Source: Stellaceae bacterium (GTDB lineage: Bacteria; Pseudomonadota; Alphaproteobacteria; ATCC43930; CGMCC-115725). From it: DNA of 24,000 nt. The DNA lies in the NCBI GenBank assembly GCA_035509275.1, contig DATJLU010000089.1, positions 21,368-45,367 of the forward strand, written 5' to 3'. The notes below the pieces were generated by a model that saw only the letters and a program-made list of their open reading frames with translations, did no database searches and was not told where the DNA came from. The position numbers and the translations under genes are program-made. How positions within the stretch are numbered: position 1 is the stretch's first letter; each line of letters starts with the position of its first letter. Positions 1 through 7,088 of the stretch are shown one piece after another.

Positions 1-130
1 GATGGTCTTGCGAGCCGAACTTCAGGGCGGTCCATCATCCAAATACTACCTACGCCCGATAGCGACGCGGCGCCAAGTGCGAGCACAGTAGCCTGTTTGC
101 GCGAATTCGTGAGGGAAAGGAGTTGCCGAA

Positions 131-577
131 ATGAAGTGGATTTTGACAGCGCCTCTGGCGATTGCCGCGGTCGCCCTGACGTCGCTCGCAGCCAACGCGG
201 CGGGACCTTTCGACGGCACCTGGCAGGTCGATTCCGGAGGCCTCGGGACGGCGACCGCCCAGGCAATGGAAGGTACGGGATGCGAGCCTGAGATCTTGAG
301 GTTCGAGGTCAAGGACAATCAGATCCAGGGCGGTCTCGCCTTTGCGCCCTCCGACCCGAATCGGGTCCAAAACAGCCAGGGTTCCCGCTCTGCGCCGATC
401 TCGGGAACCGTGCAGGAGGACGGCACGCTCAAGGCTCAGTGGGAGAGCTACACGGTCACCGGCAAGATGACCGGCGACAAAGTCGAGCTGCGTTGGCGGG
501 CGCCATGCGGACCGCGTGTCGCGACAGGATCTCGCATCGCCCCCACTGAACAATCGGGATCGAGCACCAACCATTAA
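131..577 (+). CDS. Small secreted protein of unknown function (148 aa), paralog of 6604..6969
   Basis: ATG is preceded by AAAGGAG. N-terminal signal peptide is MKWILTAPLAIAAVALTSLAANA, followed directly by AGPFDGTWQ. It has two Cys residues. It shares the motifs PFDG[TR]WQ, GC and ISGTVxxDGxxK, plus a C-terminal Cys, with the 6604..6969 product. Confidence 0.6.
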   Translation: MKWILTAPLAIAAVALTSLAANAAGPFDGTWQVDSGGLGTATAQAMEGTGCEPEILRFEVKDNQIQGGLAFAPSDPNRVQNSQGSRSAPISGTVQEDGTLKAQWESYTVTGKMTGDKVELRWRAPCGPRVATGSRIAPTEQSGSSTNH

Positions 578-661
578 CGCTGCATCCGGCGCTCCGGGAA
601 TTCTCGGGCCCTGGATGTGGAGCGCGCTGACCCGCGTCGAGGGCGGCGGCACGATAGCCGA

Positions 662-1492
662 GTGGCGAAGAGCTGTGGAGCGGTCCTTCTCACCATCGCG
701 ACCCTCTGGAGCATTCAATCGCCGGCGCAGACAGCGTCGCCGGCGAGCGACGCCACGCTTTCCGACACTGAGTTTTCGAAGGACTCGGAGAATCCCGTCA
801 CCCGGCAGATTACGCTGCCGCTGCGCTACGAAGCGGATTTTCGCAACGGCGAGGATGAGGCGACCAAGCATCAATTCCAGATCAATCAGGCCGTGGTGCC
901 GTTCAGCTTCAGCGAAGACTGGGCACTGATCACGCGAACCAAGTTGCCGGTGATCGTTCAGCCGCCGCGGAAACGCGGTGAGCAATGGGCGACGGGGCTT
1001 GGCAACGGCTATACGACCTTCTTTCTATCGCCGGCGTATGGTCGAAGTTTCTACTGGGGCGCCGGGCCGCTTCTGTATTATCCCGCGACGAATTCGTCCG
1101 TCGGCGTCACCGAGTGGGGCTCCGGCCCGTCAGTGGCGTTTCTCAAGAAGGACGAGGGCCCTTGGGTGCTTGGTGCCGTCATCAACAACATCTGGTCGTT
1201 TGGCGGTCCACCCACCAGCAACAGAACCAACAGCATGCTGCTCAATCCGGTTGTCAGCTATCATTTCGGCGACGGATGGGCTGTCGGCTCGTCGCCGAGC
1301 ATCACCACCAACTGGATCGCAAGCGGAGGGAAATGGACCGTCCCTGTCGGCGGCAGCTTCAGCAAAACGGTGGAGCTCGGCGCGCAGCCGATAAAGTTCG
1401 CCCTCGAATCCTATTACAACGCCATCCGACCGGCTTCCGGAAACGATACGTGGGTCCTGCAATTCACGGTGACGTTCGTGTTTCCGAGGTAA
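662..1492 (+). CDS. Outer-membrane beta-barrel protein candidate (transporter/porin-like); start uncertain (GTG 617 or GTG 662)
   Basis: Signal-like segment VAKSCGAVLLTIATLWSIQSPAQT. The body is rich in alternating aromatic/Gly/Ser/Asn residues (GNGYTTFFLSP, FYWGAGPLLYYP, SYHFGDGWAVGSSP). The C-terminus is an alternating hydrophobic strand, LQFTVTFVFPR. It lies 40-85 nt downstream of the small secreted protein gene on the same strand. Confidence 0.55.
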   Translation: MAKSCGAVLLTIATLWSIQSPAQTASPASDATLSDTEFSKDSENPVTRQITLPLRYEADFRNGEDEATKHQFQINQAVVPFSFSEDWALITRTKLPVIVQPPRKRGEQWATGLGNGYTTFFLSPAYGRSFYWGAGPLLYYPATNSSVGVTEWGSGPSVAFLKKDEGPWVLGAVINNIWSFGGPPTSNRTNSMLLNPVVSYHFGDGWAVGSSPSITTNWIASGGKWTVPVGGSFSKTVELGAQPIKFALESYYNAIRPASGNDTWVLQFTVTFVFPR

Positions 1493-1562
1493 CCGCGGCG
1501 GGTTCGTTCTTGCGCCCATCTGAATTCAGCCACGATCGCTCGCCGCCTCGCCAAACCACCGC

Positions 1563-3056
1563 CTAATGGGAGCCGCTGCCGGCTGCATCCTGAACCTTGC
1601 GGAGCACCTCGTCGAGGTTGAAGGCCGCCGGCTTCTGGCGCGGCGGGAATTTTTCGAAGCCTTCGATCTGCTGCGCGACCAGCCCCTGCATCCCGTAGAG
1701 GAGATAGGCGTGAGAAATCACCCAGTCCCAGTAGGTGTTCGAGTTCTCATCGGCGCGCTCAAACGGATCGCGGCGCAGATTGAACATCTTCGGCGCCCGC
1801 AGTTTCACGAACGGCTCGAACCAGCAGGCGAGCTGCTTCGCCCTCTGCTCCATGAGCACCATTTTCCAGTCGCCCATGCGGAGCCCTAGAACGTCGCCGT
1901 CGTCGCTGATGTAGAAAAAGAATTTCCGCGGGCCCTCTTTCCCGGTTCCGGTCAGATAGGGCAGCAGGTTGTAGCCGTCGATATGCACCTTGTAGGTCCT
2001 GTCGCCGATCTTGTGACCGCCGAGCAGTCGCTCCGAGATGTCGGGTTGTCCCGCCGCTGCGAGCAATGTCGGCAGCCAGTCCTGGTGGGCGGCAAGGTCG
2101 TTAAAGATCGAACCGGCCTTGATCTTGCCCGGCCAGCGCACGAAGATCGGCACGCGCCAGCCCCCCTCCCAATTCGTGTTCTTCTCGCTGCGGAACGGCG
2201 TGATGCCGGCATCCGGCCAACTGTTGTAGTGAGGGCCATTATCCGTCGAGTACATCACGATCGTGTTGTCGGCGATGCCCAGCTCGTCAAGCTTGTTCAG
2301 CATTCTGCCGATGTTTTCGTCGTGGGCCACCATCACATCGTTGTAGTCGCCTTGACCGCTCTTGCCTTTGTGCTTCTCCGCGCAGTGTGTCCGAAAATGC
2401 ATCCCCGTGGTGTTGTACCAAAGGAAAAACGGCTTTCCCTCGCTGTGGCACTTGTCGATGAAGCTGAAGGCATGTTGCGTGACTTCCTCATCGATGGTTT
2501 CCATGCGCTTGCGGGTGAGGGGGCCCGTGTCCTCGATCTTCTGTCCGCCTTTGCCGTCCGCCCAGCTATGGAGCACGCCTCTGGGACCGAACCGTTTCTT
2601 GAATTCCGGGTTGCGCGGATAATCCGGGTCCTCCGGCTCTTCCTCGGCGTTGAGATGGTAAAGGTTGCCGAAGAATTCGTCGAAGCCGTGCGCCGTGGGC
2701 AGGAACTCGTCCCGGTCGCCGAGATGGTTCTTGCCGAATTGACCGGTGGCATAACCGAGCGGCTTCAGCAATTCGGCGATGGTCGGATCTTCGGCCTGAA
2801 TGCCGACATCGGCCCCGGGCATCCCAACCTTGGTGAGGCCCGTGCGGATCGGATTCTGCCCGGTGATGAAGGCGGCGCGACCCGCCGTGCAGCTTTGCTG
2901 GCCGTAGTAGTCGGTGAAGGTCGCTCCTTCGTTGCCGATCCGGTCGATGTTGGGCGTGCGGTACCCCATCTGACCCCGGTTGTTGTAGCTGATGTTCCAC
3001 CAGCCGATGTCGTCGCCCCAGAGGATCAGGAAGTTCGGCTTGCGTGCTTGAGCCAT
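1563..3056 (-). CDS. Arylsulfatase-family (type I, Cys/formylglycine-type) sulfatase with no signal peptide (497 aa)
   Basis: Strong RBS (AAAGGAGAGAGAG) before the ATG. The N-terminus MAQARKPNFLILWGDDIGW starts directly at the metal-binding DD motif. Formylglycine motif is S-C-T-A-G-R with Cys56. GKNHLGD and STDNGP motifs are present. It is a clear paralog of 12460..14049 and 15056..16774. Confidence 0.9.
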   Translation of the reverse strand: MAQARKPNFLILWGDDIGWWNISYNNRGQMGYRTPNIDRIGNEGATFTDYYGQQSCTAGRAAFITGQNPIRTGLTKVGMPGADVGIQAEDPTIAELLKPLGYATGQFGKNHLGDRDEFLPTAHGFDEFFGNLYHLNAEEEPEDPDYPRNPEFKKRFGPRGVLHSWADGKGGQKIEDTGPLTRKRMETIDEEVTQHAFSFIDKCHSEGKPFFLWYNTTGMHFRTHCAEKHKGKSGQGDYNDVMVAHDENIGRMLNKLDELGIADNTIVMYSTDNGPHYNSWPDAGITPFRSEKNTNWEGGWRVPIFVRWPGKIKAGSIFNDLAAHQDWLPTLLAAAGQPDISERLLGGHKIGDRTYKVHIDGYNLLPYLTGTGKEGPRKFFFYISDDGDVLGLRMGDWKMVLMEQRAKQLACWFEPFVKLRAPKMFNLRRDPFERADENSNTYWDWVISHAYLLYGMQGLVAQQIEGFEKFPPRQKPAAFNLDEVLRKVQDAAGSGSH

Positions 3057-3088
3057 CTCTCTCTCCTTTGATGTGATGGGGCCGGTGC

Positions 3089-3544
3089 CTAGAGGCGCAG
3101 CAGCACGGCAACGAAGGCGAAGAGGCCGATGCAGACGAGGAGGACGGCGATCGCGATTACCGGCGATTGCACTGCGATGCGCTGCGGGCTCATGCCTTCA
3201 ATCCCGGCGAGCGAGGCGAAAGAGCCGCTGCGGAGGTAGCGTGCTGTCCACCAGTACTGCCAAAGCGAGATGAGCAGCGCGAGGACGCCGGCCGAAATCA
3301 GCGCGAGCCCGAGGAATTGCGGCGCTCGCGGATGAGAAGCGGGGAGAGCGCCCGGCAACTGCTGCAGACGCTCAAAGAACTGGACGATGGCAAAGCCGAA
3401 GCCGATCAGCGATACTGCCGTGCGCAGCCACGACATCATGGTGCGCTCGAGGCTGAGGCGCGTGCGGAGCCAGCCAAAATGGCTGTCCGCCGTCGCTCTG
3501 ACGTCGAACCTCTCGGTGCTTGGGGCGGTGCGTGTATTGGTCAA
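3089..3544 (-). CDS. DUF202 (YidH-like) inner-membrane protein (151 aa, TTG start)
   Basis: Contains the characteristic DUF202 motif LRTRLSLERTMMSWLRTAVSLIGFGFAI, followed by two further hydrophobic helices. Its stop codon lies 32 nt upstream of the sulfatase ATG on the same strand. Confidence 0.75.
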   Translation of the reverse strand: MTNTRTAPSTERFDVRATADSHFGWLRTRLSLERTMMSWLRTAVSLIGFGFAIVQFFERLQQLPGALPASHPRAPQFLGLALISAGVLALLISLWQYWWTARYLRSGSFASLAGIEGMSPQRIAVQSPVIAIAVLLVCIGLFAFVAVLLRL

Positions 3545-3619
3545 CGCCTGCCTCGGACCCTCCAGACAAGCTTGCGAATTGTTCGGCAGCGCAACGGCGA
3601 GCGCTATCCGTCATTCCAC

Positions 3620-4384
3620 CTAGTTCCGGGATGAGCACTCTGTAGACCCGCCCTTTGCGCTCGTTGTCGGCAATCGGCGAATGGCTTCGCCCTTCTGCGC
3701 CAGGTTGAGCAGGATGCGAACCAGTTGGGCGTGTGGCGCTGAGGAGGGGTCCCGCAGCACCTCGATAGGGTGAGCCTCGGTCAGCCGCGCCAGCTGGCTC
3801 AGCAGGCGGATGCGTGCTCGCCGAATCGACTGGAGCTCTGACGACCGGCGGGTGAAGAAAATCTTGAACAGCTCGCCGTCACCGAGCAGCCGATTGATCT
3901 CGCTTGCCGTGACATAGACCAGAAAGAGCGCGACGACCCACATTTGCGTGGCGATGAACTGGTTCCAGCTGAAGCTGCCCAACTGCTGCTCGATATACCT
4001 GCCATGCCCCACCGCGCCACCGGAGAAGAGGTAATCAAGGAAAGCTTCCAGCAGGCGCGCCACGAAGACAAAGAAGGAGTAGATCGCGGTCTTGAACAGA
4101 ATGGGTTGCGCCAGCGGTGCACCGTCGAAACGCCGCAGGAATGGCATCAAATCGGCGACGAGCACCGCCTTGCCGACAATCAATGCGGACACCGTCGCAA
4201 TGGCAAAGCCGGTGAATTGTATAAGGTAGGCAGACAGAATCAGGCGCTTGGTGAAGAGGATGAGATTGAAGCCGATGAAAAAGAACAGGGTTGGCGGCCA
4301 TATGTCATGAAACTCGTGCAGCACAATCTGACCGATCCTCGCCAACCTCCCGGGCTTTTGCGCATCGATTGAATAGGTGGTCAT
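3620..4384 (-). CDS. Integral membrane protein of unknown function (254 aa, about 4 TM helices plus a cytoplasmic helical tail)
   Basis: Hydrophobic segments are PPTLFFFIGFNLILF, FTGFAIATVSALIVGKAVLV, ILFKTAIYSFFVFVARLL and MWVVALFLVYVTA. The C-terminal tail is charged and helical. It is the first gene of the minus-strand unit with DUF202 and the leaderless sulfatase. One 60-nt stretch I counted was 50% GC. Confidence 0.6.
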   Translation of the reverse strand: MTTYSIDAQKPGRLARIGQIVLHEFHDIWPPTLFFFIGFNLILFTKRLILSAYLIQFTGFAIATVSALIVGKAVLVADLMPFLRRFDGAPLAQPILFKTAIYSFFVFVARLLEAFLDYLFSGGAVGHGRYIEQQLGSFSWNQFIATQMWVVALFLVYVTASEINRLLGDGELFKIFFTRRSSELQSIRRARIRLLSQLARLTEAHPIEVLRDPSSAPHAQLVRILLNLAQKGEAIRRLPTTSAKGGSTECSSRN

Positions 4385-4826
4385 GGCAGCCTCCCACGGG
4401 GAGCGCAGCAGAGTTGAGGGTGTGCCTCCTTGCCGGTCTTCGCCGTGAAGCGCACCGTCAGTCGTGGATCGATCGCTTTCGCACGGCCAGTGCCGGAGCG
4501 CAATCGGGTATTCAATGGAGTTTGGATCGAACCGACATGCCTGCTTGGCGGCTAGCGCGCTGCGATTTGCGGCGTGACGCCGACGGCTCGCCCGCGCGAC
4601 TCATGATGCGCGGAGCAGTCGTCGGGCGTACCCCCGGATGATCTAAGGGAAACACCTGATTTACCGCCGGGCGCGGCCCTCCGACCATTCGCGAGATTGT
4701 GCACGCACCCTCGGCCAGGGTAGCGACCATGCGGACGTGCCGAATGACGGATTGAGCCATATCGGCGGCACGACGGTGGCATCCAAGGCCGAGCGCATCA
4801 GGCGCAAAGGCATGAGGGGGCCGAAC

Positions 4827-5648
4827 ATGAAGCCGAGCCGCGGTTTGCCGGTCGACCGCGATAGCCGCATCCGGTCTACGTTGCTGCCCATAGCGATGGT
4901 GACCGCCCTGATCGCCATCGGCGCTTGCCCCGCAGGGGCGCAGGAGGCGGTCGATCAGTCCCGGCTGCAGCTCTCGGTCACGCCCTATTTCTGGACTCCG
5001 CACATCGACAGTCGCGTCAAGACGCCCCTGCCGCAAGAGGGCACCGTGACTCAGACGATCGATTTCGGCCAGCTCTTCAACCATCTGAGCTGGGTCCCCT
5101 TCATGGGTTCGGTCGAGGGTCGCTACGACCGCTACGGCGTGTTCGTCGACTACATACATCTTCCGGTGCGAAGCGGGTTTTCCACTCACGATGTGCTCTT
5201 CAGCGGTGGCAGCGCCGACCTGGACGTCGACGTGGCGACGGTGGATTTCTTCTATCGGCCGATTGCGCAGCCCCAGCAGTCTCTTGACGTTGGCGTCGGC
5301 GCCCGGCCCTGGGGGGTCGAGACCAACCTGTCGTTCAATGCCGGGCTGCTGCCCGGGCAGTCCGTGCAGCCCGGCGGCAGCTGGGCCGATCCGCTGATCG
5401 CCGCGCGCTATCATCGCGAATTGGGGAGCGGTTTCGCTTTCACGGTCTATGGCGATGTCGGCGGGTTTGGCCTCGCGGCCCATACCGACTGGCAAGTGGT
5501 CGGCACGATCGACTACGCGCTCCGCTCCACGATCGACCTGCATCTCGGATATCGCAGTCTCAACGTCAACTATAGCCTCAACAATCGTCCCGTCGGTTTC
5601 AATGTGAACCTGAACGGGCCGATCATCGCCGGAACCTTCCGCTTCTGA
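4827..5648 (+). CDS. Outer-membrane beta-barrel protein (start moved to ATG 4827)
   Basis: ATG 4827 is preceded by GAGGGGG. The signal peptide ends LIAIGACPAGAQEA. The sequence shows alternating beta-strand patterning (VDFFYRP, FAFTVYGDVGGFG, WQVVGTIDYAL, LHLGYRSLNVNY). The C-terminus IIAGTFRF carries the terminal Phe typical of OMPs. Confidence 0.65.
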   Translation: MKPSRGLPVDRDSRIRSTLLPIAMVTALIAIGACPAGAQEAVDQSRLQLSVTPYFWTPHIDSRVKTPLPQEGTVTQTIDFGQLFNHLSWVPFMGSVEGRYDRYGVFVDYIHLPVRSGFSTHDVLFSGGSADLDVDVATVDFFYRPIAQPQQSLDVGVGARPWGVETNLSFNAGLLPGQSVQPGGSWADPLIAARYHRELGSGFAFTVYGDVGGFGLAAHTDWQVVGTIDYALRSTIDLHLGYRSLNVNYSLNNRPVGFNVNLNGPIIAGTFRF

Positions 5649-5901
5649 CCGTGGCGCCGCTTTGCATGCTCTGCAGCGCTTCCCCGAGCAAAGTACCAAG
5701 GATCACGGCGCGAAATCGGCACAATCCCGGATCGCTGCGCTGCGCCTGTCTCCGGTAGTCTTCGCGCGAGGTGGAGGGGGGGTCGTATCGCGCTGGAGAG
5801 CGGCTCGGCTGATCCGGCGAGCCGCGCCCGGCATCCTCCAAGGTCGTACAGCTGGGCCGCGCACTCCATCCTCGGCCGGCTGCCGCTACAGGGAGGTGAT
5901 C

Positions 5902-6594
5902 GTGAAAAAAGCCTTTGCCGCACTGTGCGTGGTCGCATTGTGCGCCTGCTCGGTCACGCAGCAGGACAAGCCGGAGTCCGGCAGTTCCGTTCCGACCTCG
6001 GGCTTCCTCGGCGACTACTCGCAGCTAAAGCCCGGAGCCGAGGGCCAGGCGCTTCTTGTCTATTTCAACCCGAACGCCAATTGGGCCCAATACACCGCGG
6101 TCATCGTCGACCCCGTGACCATCGGGTTTGCGCCGGAGCGCCAGATCAGCGAACAAGATCAAATAACGCTGGCCAACTACTATCGTCAGCAGCTTGAGCA
6201 GAACCTATCGAAGACCTTTGCCATTGTGAATCAGCCCGGACCAAATGTGATGCGGCTTCGCGTGGCGCTGACCGACGCGACCACGGCGACGCCGGTGCTG
6301 CGCACGATCTCCGTCGTCGTGCCGCAGGCACGTATTCTCAACAGCGTAAAGGACCTCGCGAGCGGCACCTATGCCTTTGTCGGATCGGCGCGCAGCGAGG
6401 GCGAAGTCCTGGACTCCGTGACCGGCGTCAGGCTCGCGGCCGCGGTCGACCAGCGCTCGGGCGGTCTCAGCATCAAGAACGCCGATGTCTGGCAATGGGG
6501 CGATGCCGAGAACGCCATGGATTACTGGGCGCAACGCACCGCCCAGCGCCTTACCGAGCTGCACAACGGGCAGCCCGTGGTCTCGCAACGCTGA
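5902..6594 (+). CDS. DUF3313-like lipoprotein (GTG start 5902)
   Basis: GGGAGG RBS lies 5 nt before the GTG. Signal plus lipobox is KKAFAALCVVALCAC. The sequence SGFLGDYSQLKPG ... VIVDPVTI ... NQPGPNVMRLRVALTDA matches my recollection of the DUF3313 family signature. Confidence 0.7.
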   Translation: MKKAFAALCVVALCACSVTQQDKPESGSSVPTSGFLGDYSQLKPGAEGQALLVYFNPNANWAQYTAVIVDPVTIGFAPERQISEQDQITLANYYRQQLEQNLSKTFAIVNQPGPNVMRLRVALTDATTATPVLRTISVVVPQARILNSVKDLASGTYAFVGSARSEGEVLDSVTGVRLAAAVDQRSGGLSIKNADVWQWGDAENAMDYWAQRTAQRLTELHNGQPVVSQR

Positions 6595-6603
6595 GGACGA
6601 ACG

Positions 6604-6969
6604 ATGCGCCATCTCCCGATCGCCGCGGCATTGATCGTGTTTTATTTGGGGGCCGCGCATGCCGCGGCCCCCTTCGATGGACGGTGGCAGGGTAGCTGGA
6701 GCGGCGTATCGAACCTCGGCACGGGGAATTACGGCTGCCAGGCCTATGCCGGCAATGTCACCATGACCGTCGCCAATGGCAGCGTCAGCGGGACGACCAC
6801 GGGGCAATACGAGGGGACGATCTCCGGCACGGTTGCGCAGGACGGCAAGTTCAAAGGCAAGATCGGTCCCTTCGACGTCTCGGGGAGCTTTTCCGGGAAG
6901 CGGTTCAGGGGCCGGTTTACGACGGATAAATGCGTGATGAGCGTGACCGCCAAAGCCGCGAGCGGGTGA
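6604..6969 (+). CDS. Small secreted protein of unknown function (121 aa), paralog of 131..577
   Basis: GAGGA RBS. Signal peptide is MRHLPIAAALIVFYLGAAHA, followed by AAPFDGRWQG. It has two Cys residues (NYGC..., ...TDKC). Gly/Thr/Ser-rich short-strand patterning is present (GTISGTVAQDGKFKGKIGPFDVSGSFSGKRFRGRF). The start is 9 nt after the DUF3313 stop. Confidence 0.6.
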   Translation: MRHLPIAAALIVFYLGAAHAAAPFDGRWQGSWSGVSNLGTGNYGCQAYAGNVTMTVANGSVSGTTTGQYEGTISGTVAQDGKFKGKIGPFDVSGSFSGKRFRGRFTTDKCVMSVTAKAASG

Positions 6970-7088
6970 TACGCCGGTCGCGCCGGTGGCGCGTCAAGCT
7001 CGCGCCTCGGCCGCTGAATTTGTTCCGCAACTCTGGACCAGAGGCGGGCCCCATACCGGGCAGAGCGTTGATAACTTTGCGACACAGG

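Noticed and set aside
1-38. Possible start of a minus-strand gene running off the left edge (ATGATGGACCGCCCTGAAGTT...)
   Set aside because: Only about 12 codons are visible and there is no convincing RBS. This is too little sequence to support a call.
50-985. 311-aa minus-strand ORF, and the overlapping 46..318 and 516..929 ORFs
   Set aside because: They are antisense or off-frame to the small secreted protein and OMP genes. The translations are Arg/Pro/Ala-rich with no motifs, which is typical of high-GC shadow ORFs.
1983-3071. 362-aa plus-strand ORF, plus several 60-180-aa ORFs within 1566..3273
   Set aside because: They are antisense or off-frame to the sulfatase gene. The sulfatase frame carries unambiguous catalytic motifs and these frames carry none.
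4512-5699. 395-aa minus-strand ORF
   Set aside because: It is antisense to the outer-membrane barrel gene, which has a signal peptide, beta-strand patterning and a C-terminal Phe. The antisense translation is low-complexity and Arg/Ala/Gly-rich.
5662-5901. N-terminal extensions of track ORFs (5662..5901, 6930..7088, 10854..10970, 16775..16840, 17488..17523, 21559..21600)
   Set aside because: In each case an internal start with a good Shine-Dalgarno sequence is followed immediately by a signal peptide, lipobox or TM anchor. The extension sequences are Arg/Pro-rich and non-protein-like. The 10854..10970 extension also contains a perfect 13-bp hairpin.
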